Positions 47,394-59,200 of a DNA stretch of 64,000 nt are shown in pieces; the first letter of the stretch is position 1, and the number at the start of each line of letters is the position of its first letter. Below the pieces are notes generated by a model. It worked only from the letters and a program-made list of their open reading frames with translations, was not told the origin of the DNA and searched no databases. The translations under genes were made by a program, and so were the position numbers. Source of the DNA: Gemmatimonadota bacterium (GTDB taxonomy: Bacteria; Gemmatimonadota; Gemmatimonadetes; Palauibacterales; Palauibacteraceae). Where the stretch lies: NCBI GenBank assembly GCA_963666735.1, contig OY762926.1, positions 1,856,001 through 1,920,000 of the forward strand, read 5' to 3'.

Positions 47394-48209
47394 ATGCCGA
47401 AGAAGCCAGCGCGGGCGACCGCACTCACGATCGCGGGGAGCGATTCCGGAGGCGGAGCCGGGATCCAGGCCGACCTCAAGACCTTCCACGCGTTCGGCGT
47501 GTTCGGCACGAGCGCGGTCACCGCCGTGACCGCGCAGAACACCATGGGCGTCCAAGCGGTGCAGACGCTCGACCCGTCGATCGTCCGGCGGCAGATCGAG
47601 GCGGTCCGGACGGATCTGGCGCCAAGGGCCGCGAAGACGGGGATGCTCGCCGACGCGGACATCGTGCGGGCCGTCGTCGCAAGCCTGCGCGGCTTTGAAG
47701 CTCCGCTCGTCGTCGACCCCGTGATGGTGGCGACGAGCGGCGACCGGCTCCTCCAGCCGAAGGCCGCCGACGCGATCCTGGAGGAACTCCTCCCTCTCGC
47801 CACCCTCGTCACGCCGAACCTGCCCGAGGCGGAGATCCTTGCCGGGCGGACCGTGAGCACCGAAGCCGACATGTCCGCGGCGGCCAAGGCCATCCTCGCG
47901 CGGGGGGCGGGCGCGGTGCTGGTCAAGGGGGGACACATGGCCGGCGATGAGGTGGTCGACCTGTTCCGGAACGGAGAGAGCGAGCGGGTGTGGCGGACGC
48001 CCCGCATCCGGACGACGGAAACCCACGGGACCGGATGCACGCTCTCGGCCGCGATCACGGCGGGGCTGGCATCGGGGCTCACCCTCGAGCCGGCGATCGA
48101 ACGGGGACTCGCCTTCACGCACGCGGCCATCGCGGCGGCGCCGGGTCTCGGCTCCGGCCGCGGTCCCCTGAATCACTGGGCCCATCCCGGAGGCGGCTCC
48201 CGCGACTGA
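47394..48209 (+). CDS. thiD: Hydroxymethylpyrimidine/phosphomethylpyrimidine kinase
   Basis: [33 protein letters not shown] motifs. Confidence 0.96.
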   Translation: MPKKPARATALTIAGSDSGGGAGIQADLKTFHAFGVFGTSAVTAVTAQNTMGVQAVQTLDPSIVRRQIEAVRTDLAPRAAKTGMLADADIVRAVVASLRGFEAPLVVDPVMVATSGDRLLQPKAADAILEELLPLATLVTPNLPEAEILAGRTVSTEADMSAAAKAILARGAGAVLVKGGHMAGDEVVDLFRNGESERVWRTPRIRTTETHGTGCTLSAAITAGLASGLTLEPAIERGLAFTHAAIAAAPGLGSGRGPLNHWAHPGGGSRD

Positions 48210-48212
48210 AGG

Positions 48213-50618
48213 CTATTCGCCGTACGGAACCCAGATGTTCTTGATCTGGGAGGCGTGACGGAGGAACTCGCGTCCCTCACCGCGGGGACCGAACCAGTCC
48301 CGCCCCCGAGCGACCGCCGTCCACGTGCGCTTCAGATTGGAGGCGGAGCGGCGCTCCACGTCGGCGGCCCCTTCTTCCGTCCCGAAGTACCACATCCCGT
48401 CCACCGCATCGTGGCCGGCGAGGGTGGGCCGCAGTTCCTCCTCGAGACCCGTGAGGATGTTGATGACGCCCGGCGGCACATCCGAGGTCTCGAGCACCTG
48501 ATAGAAGTCGGTGGCGAGGAGCGGCCAGCGTTCCGAGGCGACCGCGACGACGGAGTTCCCGAGGGCGACGGACGGAACCACGCTGGAGATGAAGCCGAGC
48601 AGCGCAGGTTCGGGCGGACAGATCACCGCCATCACGCCCAGCGGCTCGGGCATGGCCAGGGTCACGTTGCGGAAGGGCGTCCGGTGGACGGCCCCGTCCC
48701 ACTTGTCCGCCCACGCCGCGTAGGTGAAGAGGCGCCGCACCGACGCCTCCACCTCGCGCGCAGCCGCTTCCGCATCACAGCCGGTGAGCGCGCGCAGCCG
48801 GTCCTCGAACGCCGCCCGGCGGGCATCGAGATTCTCGCCCGCGTAGTACAGGATCTGCGCCCGCAGATGGGCCGTCGTGCCCGCCCAACTCGCGGCGAGT
48901 GCCGCCTCCACGGCGTTGCGGGCGTCCTTTCGGTTTCCGCGGGCCACTTCGCCCGCGGCGCGTCCCTGATGGTCGAGGACCTTCAGGCTGTACCCGCCAT
49001 CGGGCCGGGCCTGCCGGCCGCCGATGTAGAGTTTGGCCGTCCGGTCGACCGCCGGCCTCGCCGCGGGGCCGGCAGCACCCTCGCCGGAGTCCCCGCGGCC
49101 GCCGCCCTCCGAAGACACCGCGTCTTCCCCGGGGCCCGACTCCGCAGCCTCGGGGCGCCGGCGGACATACTCCCGGAGCCCTTCCCGGCCGCCCTCGCGG
49201 CCGAACCCGCTCTCGCGGTAGCCGCCGAACCCGGATGCGGCGTCGAACACGTTCGTGCAGTTGATCCACACCGTCCCGGCCTTGATCTGCGAGGCGATGT
49301 CGAGGGCGAGGTTCACGTTCTCGGTCCAGACGCTCGCCGCGAGGCCGTAGCGCGTGTTGTTCGCAAGCGCGACGGCCTCCGCGGGCGTGCGGAACGTCAT
49401 CTGAACGACCACGGGACCGAAGATCTCGACCTGGGCGATCTTCGCGGCCGGCGACACGCCGGTGCAGAGGGTCGGCGGGTAGAACCAACCGTCCTGCGGG
49501 ACGCTCCACGACGGCTGCCAGATCGTGGCCCCCTCCTCCCGTCCCTCCTCCACCAGCGACTCGATCTTCTGCAACTGGACGGGCGCGATGATCGCGCCGA
49601 TGTCGACGCCCTTGTCGAGCGGCGCCCCCATGCGAAGCGTCTCCATGCGGGCGCGCAGACGGTCGGCGAGCGCGTCGGCGATCCCTTCGTGGGCGAGGAT
49701 CCGCGAGCCGGCGCAGCACACCTGCCCCTGGTTGAACCAGATCGCGTCGACCACCCCCTCGACCACGCTGTCGAGGTCCGCGTCGTCGAAGACGAGGAAG
49801 GGCGATTTTCCACCGAGTTCGAGCGAGATCTTCTTGCCGGTCCCCGCCGTCGTCTCGCGGATGATGCGGCCGACCTCCGTCGAGCCCGTGAAGGCGATCT
49901 TGTCGACGTCCGGATGCTCGACGATCGCGGCGCCCGTGCGACCATCGCCGGTCACGATGTTCACGACGCCGGGCGGCAGATCGATCTCGCGGCAGAGTTC
50001 CGCGAACCGGAGCGCGGTCAGCGACGTGAACTCGGCGGGCTTGAGGACGACCGTGTTCCCGGTCGCGAGGGCGGGCGCAATCTTCCACGCCAGCATGAGC
50101 AGCGGGAAGTTCCAGGGGATGATCTGGCCCGCGACGCCCAGCGGCTCGCAGTCGGCGAACTCGGCGTCCATGAGCTGGGCCCAGCCGGCGTGGTGATAGA
50201 AGTGCCGCGCGACGAGCGGGATATCGATGTCGCGCGACTCGCGGATGGGCTTCCCGTTGTCGAGCGTCTCGAGCGTCGCGAAGAGCCGGGAGTGTTTCTG
50301 CAGGTGACGGGCGATCGCGTACAGGTAGCGCGCCCGCCCGTGTCCCCCGAGGTCGCCCCAGGCCGCCTGGGCCGCGCGCGCCGCCGCCACCGCGCGGTGC
50401 ACATCCACGGTGCAGCCCCGCGCGATCTCGCCCAGTTGCTCTTCGTTGCTCGGATCGAGGGTCGCGAAGAACTCGCCGTCCGCCGGTTCGCGCCAGGCGC
50501 CGCCGATGTAGTGCCCGAAGCGGGAACCCCGTGCCGCGATCCACGCCCGCGCCTCGTCCGCGGCCTCCGGGGCCGGGCCGTACTCCATCGTCTCGAACAG
50601 TTCCGCGATCTTCGGCAT
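48213..50618 (-). CDS. Long (ALDH16-like) aldehyde dehydrogenase
   Basis: IIPWNFP, FTGST, LELGGKSP, GQVCCAG, plus a second partial ALDH domain ending KNIWVPYGE. Confidence 0.92.
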   Translation of the reverse strand: MPKIAELFETMEYGPAPEAADEARAWIAARGSRFGHYIGGAWREPADGEFFATLDPSNEEQLGEIARGCTVDVHRAVAAARAAQAAWGDLGGHGRARYLYAIARHLQKHSRLFATLETLDNGKPIRESRDIDIPLVARHFYHHAGWAQLMDAEFADCEPLGVAGQIIPWNFPLLMLAWKIAPALATGNTVVLKPAEFTSLTALRFAELCREIDLPPGVVNIVTGDGRTGAAIVEHPDVDKIAFTGSTEVGRIIRETTAGTGKKISLELGGKSPFLVFDDADLDSVVEGVVDAIWFNQGQVCCAGSRILAHEGIADALADRLRARMETLRMGAPLDKGVDIGAIIAPVQLQKIESLVEEGREEGATIWQPSWSVPQDGWFYPPTLCTGVSPAAKIAQVEIFGPVVVQMTFRTPAEAVALANNTRYGLAASVWTENVNLALDIASQIKAGTVWINCTNVFDAASGFGGYRESGFGREGGREGLREYVRRRPEAAESGPGEDAVSSEGGGRGDSGEGAAGPAARPAVDRTAKLYIGGRQARPDGGYSLKVLDHQGRAAGEVARGNRKDARNAVEAALAASWAGTTAHLRAQILYYAGENLDARRAAFEDRLRALTGCDAEAAAREVEASVRRLFTYAAWADKWDGAVHRTPFRNVTLAMPEPLGVMAVICPPEPALLGFISSVVPSVALGNSVVAVASERWPLLATDFYQVLETSDVPPGVINILTGLEEELRPTLAGHDAVDGMWYFGTEEGAADVERRSASNLKRTWTAVARGRDWFGPRGEGREFLRHASQIKNIWVPYGE

Positions 50619-50658
50619 TCCCCTCAACCCCCTCTCAACGCGACCCTCACCGCCGGTC

Positions 50659-51702
50659 TCATCCCAGCGGGTGCCGGTGGTGCGCGGAGTACCGCCCCGT
50701 CGCCCGGTGTTCCAACTGGCGTTCGATGTCCGCGAGCAGCGAACTCGCGCCGAAGCGGAACAGCGACCGGTCGAGCCATGCCCCGCCCAGTTCTTCCTTC
50801 ACGAGAATCAGCCACTCCAGCGCCTGCTTCGCCTTCCCTACTCCGCCGGCCGGCTTCAGCCCCACGTGGAAGCCGGAGAGTCGCCGGTAGGCCCGGATCG
50901 CGCGCGCCATCACGAGTCCGACGGGGAGCGTGGCGTTGACCTTCTCCTTGCCGGTCGAGGTCTTGATGAAGTCGGCTCCGGCCATCATGCAGGTCCAGCT
51001 CGCGCGGGCGACGTTGCGCAGGCTCCCGAGTTCACCGGTGGCCATGATCGTCTTCAGGTGCGCGTCGCCGCACGCCTCGCGGAAGGTGCGGACCTCGTCG
51101 TACAGCGCCTCCCAGTCGCCGGTGAGGGCGTGGCGGCGGGTGATGACGATGTCGATCTCGCGCGCCCCGGCCCCGACCGCCTCATGGATCTCCTCGACCC
51201 GCTGCGCGAACGGCGTGAGCCCGGCGGGGAAGCCGGCGGCGACCGCGCACACCGGGATGTCGTGGCCGGCGAGCGCCTCCACGACGGCGGGAACCATCGT
51301 CGGATACACACAGACGGAGGCCACGCACAGGCCGAGATCTTCCACCTCGAGCGCGCGGAGGAGGTCGGGACGCACGGGCTGGCGGGCCTTGGCGGCGAGG
51401 CGAGCCACCCGTCCCGGGGTGTCGTCGCCGGCGAGCGTCGTGAGGTCGATCATCGTCACGGCACGGAGGAGCCAGGCGGCCTGCCACTCCTTCTTGACGC
51501 TGCGGCGCTTCCCCAGCGTGGCGGCCCGGCGCTCGATCGCGCAGCGGTTCGCGGCCTGAGCCCGGATCAGGTCCAGGTCGAGCGGGATCCCCGCGTTACG
51601 CGCCCGCATCGGGACGATACCGGCACCCCCCACGATGCGGGCAGGAGGCCCGGACGACGTTGCGGGATTGAGCGAGACGCTCGGTTCCGGTGGCTTGGTC
51701 AT
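50659..51702 (-). CDS. deoC: Deoxyribose-phosphate aldolase
   Basis: DLTTLAGDDT, GADFIKTSTGK, KPAGG, RFGASSLL motifs; start approximate. Confidence 0.95.
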   Translation of the reverse strand: MTKPPEPSVSLNPATSSGPPARIVGGAGIVPMRARNAGIPLDLDLIRAQAANRCAIERRAATLGKRRSVKKEWQAAWLLRAVTMIDLTTLAGDDTPGRVARLAAKARQPVRPDLLRALEVEDLGLCVASVCVYPTMVPAVVEALAGHDIPVCAVAAGFPAGLTPFAQRVEEIHEAVGAGAREIDIVITRRHALTGDWEALYDEVRTFREACGDAHLKTIMATGELGSLRNVARASWTCMMAGADFIKTSTGKEKVNATLPVGLVMARAIRAYRRLSGFHVGLKPAGGVGKAKQALEWLILVKEELGGAWLDRSLFRFGASSLLADIERQLEHRATGRYSAHHRHPLG

Positions 51703-51765
51703 GGCGAGAATATCGCGCACTCTCCTCACACTGGCGAGCGAACGCCTCCGGCGGGCATGAGCACA

Positions 51766-51794
51766 TTGCCTAGTGTCGCTAGACACTTTACACT
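51766..51794 (+). promoter_or_regulatory. higBA promoter with an operator palindrome in the spacer
   Basis: TTGCCT-N17-TACACT; spacer holds AGTGTC-GCTA-GACACT. Confidence 0.65.
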
Positions 51795-51800
51795 CCGTGG

Positions 51801-54444
<2,644 letters not shown>

Positions 54445-54458
54445 GCGCAGGCCAGACG

Positions 54459-54497
54459 ACGTGGTGCGCTACGGCTCGATGTCGTAGCGCACCACGT
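54459..54497. repeat. 15-bp perfect inverted repeat (boundary hairpin, copy 1)
   Basis: ACGTGGTGCGCTACG-9nt-CGTAGCGCACCACGT; related copies at 57940-57972 and split across 61256-61270/63612-63641. Confidence 0.9.
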
Positions 54498-55656
54498 ACG
54501 GGATGTCGAGCGCGTCCTTCTCCACGACCCAGATCTCGGCTTGGTTCGCAGACTCGACCACCGAGGAGGCGGAGAGCCGGACGCGGCCGATTCCCGCCCC
54601 TGACGCATCCAGGACAAACCACCATCTTTGGCCCTCATCATTGGGGCCGGCGAGCCATGTCGTTCCGTCACTGCCCGCCGTGAGATGCGTCACCGGTGGA
54701 AAATACTGGCGACGTTCGTAGAACTCCCGCAGGGCACCGGCGAAGGCCCGCCGGTCGACGATGCCGCCGCCGCCCGCCGCACCATAGATCTCGTTTTCGA
54801 AGAAGCCACTCGGGATCTGACGCGGCTCGTAGGCAAAGCGGCGATGAAACAACGTGTCGCCCCGAACATCGATTTTCGCGACCTCGAACTCGGCGGGGCC
54901 CCTGCCGAGCCAACTCTTCCGTCTGACGAGTACGGCCCCCGATCCATCGGGCGCGAAGGATATCATGTCGTCGTCCGGAAGCGGATGGGTCACGAAATCC
55001 CATGTGTCGCGCGGTAGTCCAGCCGTAATCTCGGCAGTCTGCCCCGCCACCGACCGCAGCGTCAAGGTGTCAAGCGTGGCGATGTCGGCATCGGAAACAA
55101 CCACCGGCGTCTCCGTGATGCCGCCCCGGGTGAGGCCCACTACGGACAGGACTTCGGATCCCGCCAGGCGACCGTCGGCCAGAACGGCCCTTGGCGCAAT
55201 TCTATCAATGTAATAGGTATCGGGAACGTCGACCCGGTACGGTATCGTCTCGGCCGCGCCGGTCTCCACATCTATTAATGTGAACCGCAAATTTCTGAAA
55301 TCGGCTACCCAGAGCCGCGACTCGTACCAGCCCATCGACGACGGCGAGACGAACTCGCCCGGTCCCTGGCCCCGGCCCCCGAAATCTCGGACGAAGTCAC
55401 CATCGCGCGTGAAGGCCCTGACTACTCCATCCTGAGACAGCAGCACGTACACACGATCCGAGTCCGCCAACACATCACGAACGACGGACAAGCCGTATCT
55501 CGGGTCGTCCGCGCTGCCAATCCCGACAACGCTCGTGAGCGACCACTCACGGATTCCATCGAGCGCTTGTCCAGAAAGTCGAGCGGAGCCACTCGCAACC
55601 GCTGCTGCCCAAAAGAGGACTTGGATTGCGTGCGAACTGCGTCTTTTCATCCGCAC
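54469..55656 (-). CDS. Secreted 6-bladed beta-propeller-like protein
   Basis: Signal peptide, FGGRGQGPGEF blade motif, LWVAD; C-terminus EKDALDIPYVVRYDIEP. Confidence 0.8.
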   Translation of the reverse strand: MRMKRRSSHAIQVLFWAAAVASGSARLSGQALDGIREWSLTSVVGIGSADDPRYGLSVVRDVLADSDRVYVLLSQDGVVRAFTRDGDFVRDFGGRGQGPGEFVSPSSMGWYESRLWVADFRNLRFTLIDVETGAAETIPYRVDVPDTYYIDRIAPRAVLADGRLAGSEVLSVVGLTRGGITETPVVVSDADIATLDTLTLRSVAGQTAEITAGLPRDTWDFVTHPLPDDDMISFAPDGSGAVLVRRKSWLGRGPAEFEVAKIDVRGDTLFHRRFAYEPRQIPSGFFENEIYGAAGGGGIVDRRAFAGALREFYERRQYFPPVTHLTAGSDGTTWLAGPNDEGQRWWFVLDASGAGIGRVRLSASSVVESANQAEIWVVEKDALDIPYVVRYDIEP

Positions 55657-55659
55657 GCC

Positions 55660-56133
55660 TTACAGCCGCAACCGCGAGGTGGCGGCGCGAATCCGGCTCT
55701 CGGCGGCTGGCGAATACCACTTCGAGATGATCCCACCATCGCATGACCGACTGGTTTCCGTCGCGCTCCCCGTTGGTGCTGGAGAACTCACGAAGTACGC
55801 GAACCCAGCCAACAGCGGGACCGCTTGCCTCAGCGCCGCCGAGCCGGGAAGCTCCCCCGACGCTGGCGGAGAAACGCGCCCATCGTGCATGACGAAGAAG
55901 ATGCACAACCCGGAGAGGCGGCAGTACCCGCACCTGGGTGTTGAGCAATGATCGGCGAAACCGATCGGTCCATCCGCGGAGCAGTACATGCACCCGTCCT
56001 CCGCCTTGAAACAGGTCCAGCACGGACCTTCTCCTTCCTGTGCAACTTCCTGTGCGACGGCGGATTCCGTGGCCGCCATGCACGTCAGGATGGCGAGACC
56101 GAGGCCGAACATGAGAAGTCGTGCGCTCTTCAT
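55660..56133 (-). CDS. Small secreted cysteine-rich protein
   Basis: RBS GGAGGAGG, signal peptide, CWTC/CMYC/CGYC motifs, 157 aa. Confidence 0.75.
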   Translation of the reverse strand: MKSARLLMFGLGLAILTCMAATESAVAQEVAQEGEGPCWTCFKAEDGCMYCSADGPIGFADHCSTPRCGYCRLSGLCIFFVMHDGRVSPPASGELPGSAALRQAVPLLAGFAYFVSSPAPTGSATETSRSCDGGIISKWYSPAAESRIRAATSRLRL

Positions 56134-57215
56134 CGTCCTCCTCCTTTGCTTCCACTCGAGTTTGGGACGGTTTCCCAAGAGTACTTCACGAGTTCGATGC
56201 GGTTCAACGTGCGTATCGCGAGGAGTACGGGGGCGTCCGCAGCGCTGGCAACGAGTCCGAACGGAGCATCGACGGCCGTGTACCTGAGGAAGCGCCCAGC
56301 GGGGTCGAACCAGAGTAAGAGCCGTTGGTCGGTGCCGCGGTGTGCCAGGGTCTGGACGTATCCGGGCCCGACCGCGACAACGGAAGTCGCGCTCCAGATG
56401 CCGGTATCGAAGCGCAAGGAACGGGTGGCATCGTCAGCGAACCAGTCCGCGTCGACTTGCTGCAACGCCAAGGGCACCCACTTCGTGCGGGTGCCGAGGC
56501 GCCATGCCCGGAAGGGGCTGAAGCTCTGCCATACCAGCACCTCATTATCCCCGGATGCCAGCGAGATGGCCCTTGTGTACGTCGAGTCGGGCGTCCAATG
56601 GCCTCGGCTGGCTGGGAGTCGGAGGTTAGGTGGCGAGGAATCGGGGAACGCCAGGAACCACCCGGTCCCGGTTCGCGCCGCCCCGCCGGCATCCCGCACG
56701 GCCGGCAAGCTCCGCCGGGCAATGAGGTTCCCGTCCGTGTCGGCGACGACCAGATCACCGCTTGCGGCGTCGACGATTTCCAGCTTGGCCTCGTCGAGGA
56801 ACCCGACGCCGACTGCTTGTCCGACTTCATCCGGGAGGATGTCCGTCGCGACAGCGCCGCGGTACACGCGAACACCCGGCTCGCCGTGGAACCAGGCGAC
56901 GATCAGTTCCCCCGACGGTGACGGGACCGCTCCCCGTAGCAGTCTCCCCTGCGGTATCGCGACGCTCGCCTGCTCCGTCAACTCGACTGAGGCGTTCGAC
57001 CGCTGAGGAGATGTTGACTGTCCGAATTGCATCGCCGGCGGCATCGGTTCGTTTCGGATCGAATCCGCATAAGATCCGGCGGGATGGGAGAGGAGCAGAA
57101 CGGGAAGCGCAAGGCGGACGCGACCGACCCGGCTGCCCGGCGGGCGTTCCCGGGCATGTCGCCGACAACGGCGAATGTATGAGGCGTTCCAAACTGCGTG
57201 TTCGATTCCCCACAT
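56130..57215 (-). CDS. Hypothetical, probably exported beta-rich protein
   Basis: 361-aa ORF overlapping the start of the next gene; degenerate paralog at 60960-61205; start uncertain. Confidence 0.65.
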   Translation of the reverse strand: MWGIEHAVWNASYIRRCRRHARERPPGSRVGRVRLALPVLLLSHPAGSYADSIRNEPMPPAMQFGQSTSPQRSNASVELTEQASVAIPQGRLLRGAVPSPSGELIVAWFHGEPGVRVYRGAVATDILPDEVGQAVGVGFLDEAKLEIVDAASGDLVVADTDGNLIARRSLPAVRDAGGAARTGTGWFLAFPDSSPPNLRLPASRGHWTPDSTYTRAISLASGDNEVLVWQSFSPFRAWRLGTRTKWVPLALQQVDADWFADDATRSLRFDTGIWSATSVVAVGPGYVQTLAHRGTDQRLLLWFDPAGRFLRYTAVDAPFGLVASAADAPVLLAIRTLNRIELVKYSWETVPNSSGSKGGGR

Positions 57216-57263
57216 CGAAACTGCTCGTCATGTCAAGAAAAACAAAGCCGACTCGACCCCTCC

Positions 57264-57294
57264 ATCCTACCCCCCCCCCTAAGCCGGCCGTCAA
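57264..57294 (-). promoter_or_regulatory. Promoter with a G10 tract in the spacer
   Basis: TTGACG-(GCCGGCTTA+G10; 19 bp)-TAGGAT. Confidence 0.55.
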
Positions 57295-57343
57295 CCCCTT
57301 TGACGCCGTGGAAGCCGGCGGCGGGCGAGGCTCGATGGCTCCC

Positions 57344-57922
57344 TGCGCGGCGGCCATTGAACGGGCTGCGCGCGCTGCCGGGCACGACGTGCAGGTGCCG
57401 TTCGCGCCGGGGCGGACGGATGCATCGGAGGAGTGGACGGACGCGGAGTCGTTCGTCGTCCTCGAACCCGTCGCCGACGGGTTCCGCAACTACGCGAAGG
57501 CCGGGAACAACGGCTCGGCGGCCGAGCGTCTCGTGGAGAAGGCATGCCTGCTCACGCTGACCGCGCCCGAGTTGACGGCGCTCGTCGGCGGCATGCGCGT
57601 CCTCGACGCGAACACCGGGCAGTCCGCGCACGGCGTGTTCACGGACCGGCCGGGCGCGCTGACGAACGACTTCTTCGTGAACCTGCTCGACATGAGCACG
57701 GAGTGGCGGGCGGCCTCCGATGGCGCCTTCGAGGGCCGGGACGCGGCCTCCGGCGACGCCAGGTGGACCACCACCGAGGTGGACCTGGTGTTCGGTTCGA
57801 ACTCCGAACTCCGGGCCCTCGCGGAGGTGTACGCGTGCGGCGACGGGCAGGCGGCGTTCGTACGCGACTTCGTGGCGGCCTGGAACAAGGTGATGAACCT
57901 CGACCGGTACGACCTGACCTGA
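57344..57922 (+). pseudogene. katG: Duplicated 3' part of katG
   Basis: Near-identical to about 53869-54444 ([12 protein letters not shown]...DRYDLT) with scattered substitutions. Confidence 0.92.
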
Positions 57923-57946
57923 TCGCGGAGCGGACGGCGTGGTGCG

Positions 57947-57990
57947 CTACGGCTCGATGTCGTAGCGCACCAGGTAGGGGATGTCGAGCA
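57947..57990 (-). pseudogene. Last ~14 codons of a propeller gene (LDIPYLVRYDIEP), forming boundary hairpin copy 2
   Basis: Matches the 3' end of 54469-55656. Confidence 0.8.
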
Positions 57991-58013
57991 CGCGACCTTC
58001 GATCACGAGGACC

Positions 58014-59168
58014 TCAGAGCCCCTCGATATCGAGCGCTACGATGGAGGATTCTTCGAAGCTGCCGGTGTGGAGGGTCCAGACCCTGCGCCCTCTCGCTTC
58101 CAGTAGTCGGTGATCTTCGGGAAGGCGGATCGAGCCGAGGAATTGTCCGGAGGAGAGAAATACGTCATGTATGGCTCCCGGGGCCCCGTGTGGGCCGGAT
58201 GCACCGGGGGCGGGGCGGTCCCGCTGGACCCAGATCCGTCCATCCGCATCGACGAAGATCCGGGAGATGATCGCCGGTTCCGGGGGCTCGCCGATTTCGC
58301 GAAGGGCGGCCTGCCACGCCTCGGGCATTCGCTCATCCGCCTCGCCACCCCGCTCGGCAGGCGAGAGCGGGAGGGCTTCAGCGGGATGACAGAACCGCAC
58401 GCGCATTGTGTCATCCCGGTCGGAGACCGTCAGTTCGTACCGTCCATCCGGGTGCGAGACGACCCAGGTCTCCGCGCCCACTCCCACCAATGACCGTGGC
58501 CATGCGGGCAGGATCGTACGCTCCAGGACTCTGGCGCCGGACCGGGTGACCGTATCGTTCACAGGACTGGCGGGAGACCAGCGGACGAAGGACCGCTCCT
58601 CCCAACCATCCTCGATGGGGCCGGGGAACTCCAGCCATACGGTGTGATCCGGCTGTAGCGCCACGAACGTGACCTCGCCGGATGCGAATACCGGTGACAG
58701 GAACGCCGCATCCACCGCCGTGACGGTGGCCGAGCGAGAATCGAGATCCAGTGTGGTCAGCCGAAACGCCCCGAAGTCCAGCACGAGGAGCGTGTTGGCA
58801 TCTTCCCAGGTCACCGCGGCGGGTGCCTGGACCTCACCGGGGCCTTCACCGCGGGTCATGACCGGCCCCAGCCAATCTCCATCGGGGTTGAGCAGAATGA
58901 CTTCGGCGAGGCCCCAGTCCGCGATGGCCACCGATCCGTCCGGGCTTACGGCGACGTCAGCCGGGAAGATCAGTTCTTCCGCTTCCTCGGAGCCTCCGAC
59001 ACGCCACACTTCACGCCAGGAGAGCTCCGCCGGCCACTCGCCGACGCGCGTGTTCCTTACAACCCGACCATCGGTGTCGGTGACCTCGCACGCGGTGGAT
59101 GCGGGTCGGTCACAAGCGGCGATGGTCGCGGCCAGCAGCAACGTCACAGTCCGGGATCGCAGGGCCAT
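58014..59168 (-). CDS. 6-bladed beta-propeller-like lipoprotein
   Basis: Lipobox IAA-C, RGEGPGEV, IFVDADGRIWV motifs. Confidence 0.8.
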   Translation of the reverse strand: MALRSRTVTLLLAATIAACDRPASTACEVTDTDGRVVRNTRVGEWPAELSWREVWRVGGSEEAEELIFPADVAVSPDGSVAIADWGLAEVILLNPDGDWLGPVMTRGEGPGEVQAPAAVTWEDANTLLVLDFGAFRLTTLDLDSRSATVTAVDAAFLSPVFASGEVTFVALQPDHTVWLEFPGPIEDGWEERSFVRWSPASPVNDTVTRSGARVLERTILPAWPRSLVGVGAETWVVSHPDGRYELTVSDRDDTMRVRFCHPAEALPLSPAERGGEADERMPEAWQAALREIGEPPEPAIISRIFVDADGRIWVQRDRPAPGASGPHGAPGAIHDVFLSSGQFLGSIRLPEDHRLLEARGRRVWTLHTGSFEESSIVALDIEGL

Positions 59169-59200
59169 GTGGTGACACTGACCGGCCGACGGGCTCACGG

